Positions 46,101 through 56,174 of a DNA stretch of 64,000 nt are shown here, piece after piece. A program made the position numbers and the translations under genes. The stretch's first letter is position 1; every line of letters starts with the position of its first letter. The DNA comes from Saprolegnia diclina VS20 (taxonomy: Eukaryota). The stretch is from contig NW_008246139.1 in NCBI RefSeq assembly GCF_000281045.1, positions 89,362-153,361 on the forward strand, read 5' to 3'. Below the pieces are notes generated by a model. It worked only from the letters and a program-made list of their open reading frames with translations, was not told the origin of the DNA and did not search any database.

Positions 46101-46139
46101 ATGCCACACAACAACGACGACGAGGCCGAGGACGCTTAG
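37111..46139 (+). CDS. Giant multidomain protein (~2860 aa, 10 exons): coiled coil, IQ motif, CLU domain, LamG/concanavalin-like, cysteine-containing LRRs
   Basis: Introns 38434-38484, 41701-41761, 41978-42022, 42820-42870, 43205-43250, 43560-43607, 44516-44567, 45064-45103 and 45361-45403 are all GT-AG and keep the frame; motifs VDYCGLRVLC, LHRHGINVRHLG, PVGYWPLAE, TLEAW, WTHVACTFDG, LxLxxCxxITD. Confidence 0.85.
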
Positions 46140-46170
46140 CACTGGCTCTAGTCTTGTATAGCTGGATGAG

Positions 46171-47970
46171 TTAGTCGTGTAGCTCGGAGAGGTAGTTGAC
46201 GACCCGTAACAGCCGTCCTTGGTATTTCTCAAGAATTTGAATGTTGAGGGCCGTGTTGGTAAAGCCCTAACCCCATAGAACGCATATGAGTCTCTATACG
46301 CTCTGTGACGCTTATTCGCACCATGGCAGCCAGCTCCGCCAGCTGCGAGTCCCAGAGATGCGGGCCACCTCCTGGTGACGCCACAGGCTCCAGACCGTGC
46401 ACGGTATCGGCTGGTGCATGCAGCGCCGCGTCTTGTGCTGCTGCCCATCGGTCCAAGGCCACTCGCCACGCCGCCGCCGTCTCGGTTGGCGCATCAACTG
46501 TCAGCATGTCGACGTCGTCGACGACATGATCCGCAGCGTCGTCGTCGCTCGGTGGCGCGGTGGCTTCGATGAAGAGCGCTTCTTGCCGGCCCGAGAGACC
46601 CACGCTCGCGAGCGAGTCGCCAGCTTGCAGCAGTGTAAACACACGCCGAGGGTAGTTGGCCACGAGCTGGAAGTGTTCGAGGCCGGTGGCCGCAATCACC
46701 AGGTCAAACACGCTCTGGAGCGCCGAGTCGGGTGCAAAGAAGCGAGTCGCGGGGCTGCCACTCGGAAGTCGAATCACGATCTTGGTGCGGGGCATCTCGG
46801 TCGGCGGCTCGTCGGGCAGCCGGCCACCAGCGTCGGCTTGGCGAGCCTGCAAGCACTGCACAGTCGTTACTATGGATGGTCGTGGCCACAGGGTCGATCG
46901 TACCTCGGCTTTGGCTCTTTGAAGTTCTTCGGCGTGGGCAGCAGCTAGCGCAGCCTCCTCGGCGGCGCGTTTCGCAGCGTCAACGGCTTCGCTCGGCAAG
47001 ACGTCGACTTCGAGGTCGACATTTAGAATCTGGACCTAGTAGAAAAATGCATATGAGAGATTGGCGCTGAGAGACTCATGCGGTCGTACTTGTGGCTCGG
47101 GCAGCACTTGACGTACGGCAATGTCAAAGGTCACACCGCCTTGCCGGACGAGGAGGATGTCGCCTTGTGTGATGGTGGTGTGGTTCTATTCGCAAAATCG
47201 TCAGGCCTCCTGTCCATGCTGCAGGTAGGTACCTTGAGTGTGCGCTCGAGCAATGCCTTGAGATCGAGCTGCCGGTCGCCAAACCCGTCGCCAAGCGGCT
47301 GGAGCTGGACAAAGCGGCCTCGGGCAAGACGCACAAACCGAACACCAATGGCCACGCTGTCGTGCGTAAGCAGGTCGAGTGACTTGGCAATCTTGGGCGG
47401 AATACCTAGTTGGCATGTAGTGCATCTGCAGCTGTGTCATGCGGGTCTCGTACCGATGGTGCCTTCGTCGGCGACAAACTCGAGGACGCTCGCGTGTGTC
47501 GTGGCGCTCAAGTGCGTGAGCTCAAAGGAGAGCACGCCCATGTCGAGTGCGTTCTGTGGGTTGAGTGCTTCGAGCGCGGAGACGGGAAGTGTGATCTTAT
47601 CGCCTGCGCAAGAGAGCAATGAGCGTCATGCGAACCAAAAAGGACGATGCACCGTCGTTGTCAATGGCCACGGCGCGGAGCGTCTGCTTGTAGGCAATAC
47701 CACCTGTGACTCGCTCGTCCTCGAGGCGGCGCTCTTCTTCCTAGCTCGGCGACATGGGTACGACGATGGAGCATGGAGCCGATGTACTTCGAGCTCGCGC
47801 TGGAGCTGTTCAGCCTTGCGCCGCTGGCTCTCCAGCTCCATCTCGACGCGGAGCTTCTCGGCCTGCTCCTTCCACTCACGCTCCTTCTGCAGCTTCTTGC
47901 GCGCAGCCTCGCGCCGGGCCTCCTGCTCCTTGGCGAGCTTCCTAGCACGGGACCCCACGTCAAAGTCCAT
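46171..47970 (-). CDS. UFD1-like + UBX + UBA domain protein (p97/Cdc48 adaptor), multi-exon
   Basis: GDKITLPVSAL...THASVLEFVADEG (UFD1); IVIRLPSG...RFF...YPRRVF (UBX); QLAELAAM|GF...NIQILEKYQG (UBA). Confidence 0.85.
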
Positions 47971-48435
47971 GGTCGGCTTCAAAATGCATGTGCCACGGGA
48001 GCGTCGCGTGCATTTGGATAAGCGCACGCACATTCGCGTGTATAAAGCACGCTTCTTTGAAATTATACTTGAATTAGATATAAAGGTTGCGTTTAAATAG
48101 TCCACAGCAGCCTGTGGCGAATGATGGTCCTGGACCTTCTCGATTTCGGCCATGAGCTCGAACTCGAGAGCTTTCGCCGGCGACGGCCGCGTGCATCCCG
48201 GCGCGCCCTCGAGGGACCTGTGCTATGTGTGACGGGTAATCGGCTAGGCGTGTACGCTTCGCTGACAAATCGCACCCGATATTGCAAATTCAATAGAAAG
48301 GGCACTGTCGTCGCCTCCATACCGCATGCCACTCTCCCTGGCAGTGGTCATGTTGTCCGCAACATTGCTTCTGTTACGATGATGACGCACGGACGAGCGT
48401 TCATCCCACGCGCATCGTTGAGTACGTGTTACTTG

Positions 48436-49889
48436 CTACTTGTGCGACGGACCTCGCTTTGTCGGAACAAAGGCGGCATACGACGACTGCAGCAGCGCCT
48501 TGTTGAGGACGGTCACGACATCGTCGCTCGTGTCGTCGCGATGATTTTGGAGCTCCTCGAACGACGCCCGCCGAAATTCCTCGGCGCGATGGCGCTTGAG
48601 CTTGAGGATCTCTTCTGCGAGCGTTCGCAGCGCCGACGTGTTGCTGTTGCTTTGCATGCGGACGCCGATCACGACATCCTTGAGCTCGTCCGAGGTCCGC
48701 TGCGTGAAGTCGCGCATCGTGTGGAGCTCGCGGCTCAACACTTCAAGCTGCAGCAGCTGCGTGTCGTGGGCAGCGTGAAGCTTACTTGACTCGCGCTCCA
48801 CGCGCTACCAACCACGACCATGTCCAACCTGCGTCCAGCTAAGGGTGTACATCGTGGTGTTTGCGCAAGCTCGCGATCGTCTTTTGCGTCTCGAGCTTGT
48901 ACGCTTCCTCCAAGAGCCCCTAGCACCGCTGTAGTGTCAAGAATGCAATGGGTGGACGGACTTGGCCGGCGTTGAGCGCATTGGCGAGCTCGAGCGTCTA
49001 TGGCGACGCATGGGTACGCGTCAGAAGCAGCTGGAGAACCACCTGCGTGATGCGACTGTCGTAGAGCGCTGCGCTGGCATGCCAAGCAGCCTCCAACTCG
49101 CTCATCTTGGCCACCAGCTGGTCGTGCTGCGTCGCGACGGCTGCGACGCACCGTGCTTCACGTGAAATTTGATCGGCGAGATGCTGAAATTGGTGGTCGA
49201 GCTCGGCCGCCGCCGCTTGCTTCTCATGGAGCTTGAGCCGACCAAGGTCCTGCGCCATCACCACGTGGGTTCGTCTTTGTTCGATCGGGTGCATCGAAGC
49301 ATCATCATCATCCGCGCGTACCTCGTTGAGCGACTGGAGACTGCTCTGCGCAGCCACACGCTGCTCCAAAGCGTCTAGTCCAGACAGTATTGGCGCGATG
49401 TCGAGATGGTCTCGAGGCGTACCAAGCTTGGCCTCGACGCTTTGTGTCAATGCATGGAGCATCTACGAGCAACCCTCGGTGCCAACCCAACGGTGGCGTG
49501 TACCTTCTCAAAACCAAGCCGCGCTTCGTCGTGGCGGCGCTCGAGGCTGTCGACGCGGTCGGCCAGCGCCTTTGCACGCGCGTCGTTCTCGGTTTCAAGC
49601 CGCTCGATCGCGCCGAGCTTGGCATGTAGGAGCGCGGCTTGCTCGCGTATCTCTTTTCGCATCTACATGTCATTTCGTGCGCACCCATTTTTGCGATTGC
49701 GCTTTCGATTACATGCAGGAGCTCATCTGTGAGAAACATGGACGACAACATCTCTGGCACTTGCCGAGTAGGATCGATGGCGACACTCGCTGTGCTCTTT
49801 GGAGGTCGGCCCAGCTCAGGCAGCGACGCGAGCAACGCCCGCAGATCCCGGGATCGAGGTGATGGGGGCCAGTGCGCCTCGTCGTTCAT
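48436..49889 (-). CDS. Multi-exon coiled-coil hypothetical protein
   Basis: Series of heptad-rich minus-strand ORF pieces separated by short intron-like gaps; exon limits not fully resolved. Confidence 0.6.
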
Positions 49890-50491
49890 GGTTCAACGTC
49901 TGTTACATCGTCGTATTCTTTCCACACTTCTTCGATGGCAACCGCGATGGAAGCTTTGGCAACCCAACAGGATGCTAATATCGATAGATACCCTAGGTAG
50001 CCTCCTGTAGTAGCAGGTGCAGTGAGTGCAGCAGCGCAGTGCAGACATGCCGTCGTGCGCAGAGGTCGACAAACAGTCTGTTTAGCACTCCACCTCCCCA
50101 CCGCACGACAGTCGTTCCCGCCAAATCCAGGTCATCACGCCATATGATTGGCCCGCTTCGTGTGCGGTCAGGATTTCAGCCAATCATCGATCGCTACGTG
50201 GGTGGCACCTACAGTATTACGAATCCGAAACTTGCCAATCAACTCAGGCGGCTTACGTGATCCGACACCAAAAGAAATAAGCGACTGTCGCTGTAGCTTG
50301 CTCTTGGAGTTAGTAGGAGCGCTTTGGGGCCTACAGTACGAAGAGTACTTGCAACGGCAACGAGTTAGCAGCTGCACCTTCCCGCGGAACATGGGCGTGA
50401 CTCGCACCCGTCCGAGTTGAAGCGGGCGCCACTCTCTTGCGATTTGTATACGTCAGCCCTAACCGCTACGTACGGCTGTCGCACTTGTCAA

Positions 50492-50752
50492 ATGGAAGGC
50501 GGGGCTATTACTCCACCACCAGAAGAATACGTCACCCCGCCCTCGCCGACGAAGCCTGAACGCCAGTCATTTACCCGGCGATCGCGACGGGCTATTTTCT
50601 CTGGCCTTTTGCGTCGGATCTTGAGGTCAGTGCTGGCCACTCGCGTGAACGAGAGCGCGCCGTGGTGCGGTAGCGACCTCACGCGAGCGTCGGTGGCTGC
50701 CGCAACGGCAAGTGCACCGCGTTCGAGGGCGTTGCGCCCGTCGCTGGCGTAA
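50492..50752 (+). CDS. Possible small protein (MEGGAITPPPEEYVTPPSP...)
   Basis: ATG-initiated ORF with a possible in-frame 48-nt intron 50626-50673; no recognised homology. Confidence 0.3.
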   Translation: MEGGAITPPPEEYVTPPSPTKPERQSFTRRSRRAIFSGLLRRILRSVLATRVNESAPWCGSDLTRASVAAATASAPRSRALRPSLA

Positions 50753-51009
50753 AAAAACGGCGGCGTTGGCTGTATCGAAGCGTTTAACGCGAACGTGCGT
50801 CGTTTAACGCGGTTTAACGCAAGTGCAAAGTGGACGTGTGACAACCGGACCCATATCTCAATCATCCCCCAAGGTCTGAGCGTTCGATCCTCGAACGCGC
50901 CCCTACCGTCTTTTGCCGTCGCGAGTGGAGCATCCTGAGTGTGCCAACGGTCCTCCGTGAGCCGTCCGTGCTCCCTCTCAGCAGTTCTTCCCTCGATGCG
51001 TTGCTCTAC

Positions 51010-52389
51010 ATGGCGCATCCCGCCCATACGAATACTAGTCCGTACTTTTTCCATCATCTGCCTCTGAGCTTTGCGCCGATCCCGATGCCCGCGTCCATTG
51101 CTTTGCCGCCCGACCCAGCACCGCCCATGACGCTCTACCACCACGAGCCGCTCCTCGACTTTGATCTGAGCTTCTCGCCGGCCGTGACGCCGGACCTCCT
51201 CCCGGCCAACGCGTACCTCCTCGAGCCGCTCGATTTGCTCGAGCCGCCCATGCCAGCGGCCTTCTCGCCGTCGTCGTCGACCTTGTCGCCGTCGTCGGCC
51301 GCCGCCAAGCCCGCGCGCCCGCGCCTGCGCAACTTCCAGTGCACGCATCCCGGCTGCGGCAAGTGCTTCGCCGACAATGCGCATCTGAAGGACCATATGT
51401 TTGTGCACACGGGCGAAAAGAGCCTCCAGTGCCCCGAGTGCGACAAGTGCTTTGCGCGCGTCGCGTCGCTGCGCTCGCACCGCCGCGTCCACACGGGCGA
51501 GCGCCCGTTTCTGTGCCCCGAGCCCGACTGCGACAAGCAGTACGCGTCGCGCGCGGCCCTCCGCATGCACGCGTCGCTGCATGCGGCCGCAGCCAAGAAG
51601 AAGCTACCCAAGAAGGCCAGCACGTCGTCGGCGTCGGCGGCGTCGGCCAAACCGTCGACCATAAAACCACAAAAAACACCCACGTCGACGCATACGACGC
51701 ATGGCCATGACGCCAACTGCGACGACTGCAGCGACAGCCGCTGCCGCCAGCTCGCCGACAAGATCAAGGAACAGCGCCAGGTCATCCTCGACCTCCAGGC
51801 GCAACTGCAGTCCCAAGCCGGGTCCTCCCCGGAAAAGAAGCGTGTCCAGCCCAAGCCGCCACCCGCGGCGACCGGCAAAGAGCCTGTCGTCAAGTCGCCA
51901 CCACTCGTGCCCATGGTGGCGCCCTTGTACCTCCTTCAAGACGGCATCAAGCCCTTCAAGTGCATGCTCGGCTGCGGCCGCGTCTTCTCCAACTACTTCC
52001 AACTCGCGTTCCACGCCAAGCAGCATCCGGAGGCCGACGCCGCCGACGTGCTCGGTGACCAGCTCCCATTTCCCGTCGGGCCCAAGTACTGCCCGGTCAA
52101 AGGCTGTGAGTTCAGCGAGGAGAGCGGGAAGAGCATGAAGACGCTGCAGATCGTCAAGCGGCACTGGCAGCGCGTGCATCAGAACACGCGGCCGTTCCTG
52201 TGTCCCGACTGCCCGTCGCACGCGCAGAAGGCCTTCAAGACGCGCGACAACCTCACGGCGCACCGCAAGGAGTGCAAGAAGCGCGACTCGAAGGCGTCGC
52301 CGTCCAAGCGCGCCGCGTCGCCGCTCTCGTCGCCCAAGAAGCGACTCAAACCATCGCCATCGTCGTCGACTGCGGTGCCCCTCTTATGA
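51010..52389 (+). CDS. C2H2 zinc-finger transcription factor
   Basis: Three tandem fingers with HTGEK/HTGERP linkers, further C2H2-like fingers, and a basic NLS-like SPKKRLK. Confidence 0.92.
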   Translation: MAHPAHTNTSPYFFHHLPLSFAPIPMPASIALPPDPAPPMTLYHHEPLLDFDLSFSPAVTPDLLPANAYLLEPLDLLEPPMPAAFSPSSSTLSPSSAAAKPARPRLRNFQCTHPGCGKCFADNAHLKDHMFVHTGEKSLQCPECDKCFARVASLRSHRRVHTGERPFLCPEPDCDKQYASRAALRMHASLHAAAAKKKLPKKASTSSASAASAKPSTIKPQKTPTSTHTTHGHDANCDDCSDSRCRQLADKIKEQRQVILDLQAQLQSQAGSSPEKKRVQPKPPPAATGKEPVVKSPPLVPMVAPLYLLQDGIKPFKCMLGCGRVFSNYFQLAFHAKQHPEADAADVLGDQLPFPVGPKYCPVKGCEFSEESGKSMKTLQIVKRHWQRVHQNTRPFLCPDCPSHAQKAFKTRDNLTAHRKECKKRDSKASPSKRAASPLSSPKKRLKPSPSSSTAVPLL

Positions 52390-52869
52390 AACGCGCCGCA
52401 GTCCCTGTACACGTTGCTGTGTACGCGACTGCATATTAGAAGCCTCTTTTGGTAGTTTCCATTTCATCACGTCCTCGAGTCGTTAGACATATTATTGCAC
52501 AGTGTAATATATCCTCGGATGTTGACAATATTGTCTTGTGCTCCAAGACGAGCATCCCACAGCGCCTCAGGCCTCAGGGTTGTCGAGTCCTGGACCATCG
52601 CGACATGTGGTCCGACGTGGAGGCGGGGTAGGGTTGCGCCGCTCAAGACCAGCGCCGCAACGAGAGAGCTAGTAGGTTGTGCTCGTGGTACGCTCAGTAC
52701 GAGAGACGCTTTCCAGGCCTCCGTAGATAGCGTCGTAGAGGTCGCACCACCGACCGATGAGCCTTGGCAATCGCCTGCCCAACGATCGACTGCATGAGCT
52801 ATCCAAGCTGCTGCCGCCACCTGTCACGACTAGGGCTTCGTGGACGTCGAGTGAGAGCGACTTACCAAC

Positions 52870-52961
52870 TAGTGACAATAAATAACGGGCTTTTCAAGTC
52901 TGGCAATTGGAATGAGAACAATTTAAATCCCTTAACGAGGATCAATTGGAGGGCAAGTCTG
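52870..52961 (+). rRNA. Isolated 92-bp fragment of 18S rDNA (non-functional)
   Basis: TAGTGACAATAAATAAC...AATTGGAATGAGAACAATTTAAATCCCTTAACGAGGATCAATTGGAGGGCAAGTCTG is the conserved SSU segment just before GTGCCAGCAGCC; the flanks are not rDNA. Confidence 0.9.
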
Positions 52962-53509
52962 ACGCGCAAGCTGGTCAGCCAAGCGAAAACCTGTTTTACT
53001 TCTGGTGGGCAGTACAGCGCACAGGATCTTGGGATAGCTTCGTCAAGGGTACTAGCATGTCAGTGAGGAGATCGAACCAACTGCACATCATTGCGAATTG
53101 TGGAATGCGTCGAGCGCAACAGACTCAACTCTCGTCGTCGGAATCCAAGCAGCGCGAGGCTCATCATCGGCTCGACTACAGACTGCAGACATTGTACCTT
53201 CTGGGCTGCCTCATCCGTCGTTCACTCGGCTAAGGGAACAAACTAGTTATAAGTTCCCTTGGGTGCTTTTTGGCTGGTGAAGCGAGCTTTACCGCGTCAA
53301 CTCGCGGTCGCGTGGACGCATGCAACGAGACTACGAGACTAGCCGTCTGATGGGCGGCTGCATGGCGTGCAAGGGCCTGCGCGCGCTTTGGTCTTGGCGT
53401 TCGGCGCGTGCTGTCACAGATAGGGTGTCGCGTAATGGGAAATAATGAGCTTCGAGTTAGTTAGTATGTGAGTGAGATGATCCTACGTAGAGACAAGGGG
53501 TACGTGCGT

Positions 53510-54436
53510 CTAGAGCCAGTCGCCGTCGCTCTTGTCGTCGTCCGAGTCGGACGAGAGCCACGACGAGTTGTTGTTGCGACCGAGCGGATGGTCCAGCGAG
53601 TCTTGCGTCAAATAGCGCGAGCTGGTGCCACCGGGGCTGAACCCACCGTCTTCGTACGACGCATACGAATCCATCGAGCTAAACACTGGCGGCTTGCCCG
53701 ATGCGATCGACGGCCGACTGTCGGCCATGGACCCCCGGTCTCTTCTGAACGCACGGCCCTCGACCGCGGCCGTGAGCGCTTGAAACCATGTATCGAACTC
53801 GTCGGCGCAGTCGGCCGTCACGCGCAGGATGCGTCCTTTCTCGAACGTAATGTCGAGCGACTGCGCCTTCTCGCGGTTCACGCGCACGCCGCAGACTTGG
53901 CCGTTGCCCTTGGCGGACCCGGCCATCTTGTCGTTGTCATAGTACGTCAGCGACCGGCCTTGGAGGAAGAAGAAGCGGCGCTTCCAGTTCTTGACGCGAC
54001 CGCCTTCTTTCGCGAGCCAGCCCGAGCAATGCTCATTGTCGTCGTCAACGTACGGCTGGTTGGTGCTGGCGCGGAGGCTGCTCGTGCGCGGCGCCGACGC
54101 CGAGTGCGAGCTCGCACGCAAGCTGGCTTGTGAAAGCACTTGGCCGAGCATGACCGCCGTGACCGCGTCGAACCAGCCGGTGCACGACTCTGCCGACTCG
54201 GTGTACAACTTCATGACACGGCCACCGACGCCATGGATGAGCAGCCCGTGCTGGATGTCCTTGGCGTACTCGATCGTGATGACGGCGAAGCTGCCTTTGG
54301 CCTTGGTCGACGCCGTCACGTTCTCCGTGTCAAAGTACGAGAGCTGCTTGTTCTTGAGCACCATGTAGCGCTTCTTCCAGCTCCGGACGAGGCTGCCCTG
54401 CTTGAAGACCCAGCCTTGGTAGTCGTAGGCCGCCAT
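53510..54436 (-). CDS. Tandem PH-domain protein
   Basis: QGWVFKQGSLVRSWKKRYMVL and GWLAKEGGRVKNWKRRFFFL, each with a C-terminal W helix. Confidence 0.92.
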   Translation of the reverse strand: MAAYDYQGWVFKQGSLVRSWKKRYMVLKNKQLSYFDTENVTASTKAKGSFAVITIEYAKDIQHGLLIHGVGGRVMKLYTESAESCTGWFDAVTAVMLGQVLSQASLRASSHSASAPRTSSLRASTNQPYVDDDNEHCSGWLAKEGGRVKNWKRRFFFLQGRSLTYYDNDKMAGSAKGNGQVCGVRVNREKAQSLDITFEKGRILRVTADCADEFDTWFQALTAAVEGRAFRRDRGSMADSRPSIASGKPPVFSSMDSYASYEDGGFSPGGTSSRYLTQDSLDHPLGRNNNSSWLSSDSDDDKSDGDWL

Positions 54437-54500
54437 GGCGAAGTCTCTAATGGCTGAATCGCCCAACCAGGTGAGGAGGTTGCTCACGATCGGATTGTGA

Positions 54501-54578
54501 CCAATCACGAGCGAGCCGATTCTCAGTGGCCAATCACATGCCGTTGAGCACCGGATTTCGAGGAAATGAACCAATCAC
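54501..54578. promoter_or_regulatory. Three CCAATCAC boxes upstream of the PH gene
   Basis: CCAATCAC at 54501, 54530 and 54571. Confidence 0.5.
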
Positions 54579-56174
54579 AAACCGTGTTCAATGTTTTGCC
54601 GGCCATACAAAGAAGGCCTATTGTTGTAGTTCGAACTTCGGATTTGCTTTCTTTTTCATGTTCTTTAAAGCGCGCGAGCGACCACGTGCAGCGGGAGAGG
54701 ACGTCGACTGGCTTCACGAGCCCGTGCAGGCATGTAACACTGCGCATTGCTCGGGATTGTGGCTGCTTTGGGGATTGCAAGCAATGGCCAGGACTTGGTA
54801 GGCTCTAGAACAGACGTGTACAATGCCAGAACAACCCGTGCAACGTGGCGCATTGCTCGCTGCTCGTTCTACGTTTACCCAAGCCACACGACTAGATAAT
54901 GTATCGATTCGTGAGCCCAGCCACGCTAGCGTTCACTGAGGCTACTTCTGGTGGTGCAAACATGCACGCCGATCGTGCGGAGTGTGGGGACGTGTTCTTT
55001 TAATCCCCACTGCGATTTAAAGAAAAAAGAAAGCACCGCCAAAATCCAAAAGCTCCATCTCGAAGTTCGTAGTGCTGCGACAAGTTCTTATTGACGTCGT
55101 TGCATGCAGCGGGAGCGGTCGGTTGTATACGCAGGACGTCCGTGCCCTTTGCCTTTGTCCTTTGCCCTCTGCGGTGCTCGACTGGTCGAGGTCGCCGTTC
55201 GCAGACGCCAGGCGCGTCATGCGCTGCGTCCTGACGCATCATCCGAGAAATTCACCGGCCACCTGCTGTGTTGTCAATGGCAGTCTGCTTCGAACTTCGT
55301 ATGTAGTATTTTTCGCTTGCATTCTATCTTGCCGCTTGTATGCAATTATTAATATCCGCAGCATTCGAAGTGGGTAAGGCGAAGTTGCGTGGCCGTGCAT
55401 TGTATCTCATAGGACGAGGTATACAAACACCAAGTGTATTACAACCACACAACACTTTAGTATACAAACATCAAGTCACTTGGGAGGCCATGCGGTTCGA
55501 TTTTCGAAGCCCGTCGCTGATTGGGTATCGCAGGTGTTTTATACAGAAATGGAGCGTAAAACACACTTTGCTGTTGGAAACACGCCTTGGTCGGTCATGG
55601 CCACCAACGAGCACTTGACGCTGTTAAGGACCAAGGACGACATGCACCACTGCAATACGAAGCAGCCACAGCGTCCAGCTACACACTGTATGAGCGCCAC
55701 GACGTGAGCGCGATTTCTCGAGCCGCACATTTTTCAGTGGACGGCGAGAGCTGACGGCGAGGTGTCAGCTGAGAGCGCAAGGTGATCGGTGGTAGGCATC
55801 ATGGCGATGGCTCTTGGCGATATACACACAACTCATACCAAGCGTGCATGGATCTCCACTTCTCACGACTGACATCAACCAGTGAGAGAGAAAGAGCGAG
55901 CTCGCAGATTTTGTGTACGTATATGAGATTGAAGCAGTGCCCCTACTGTGTGCACAACACGAGTACGTCAACAACGTGCCAGCTGCGAGCCGGCACCATT
56001 GAGCTGCACCATTGTGATATGCTGCCAGATCGGCAGGCGATGGGACCTGGGAAATACCATTCACGTGTTTAAAACACCCCGGTGGTATGTATAAAACATA
56101 TTGCAGGAGCTTGCTCCATGCCCTTTATCCGGCTGCTGCTTGGTCGATCATTTGCGCAAAGGTTGACCATCGCG

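Noticed and set aside
55419..55476. 17-bp direct repeat GTATACAAACAYCAAGT x2
   Set aside because: Two copies only; not a CRISPR array and no associated element
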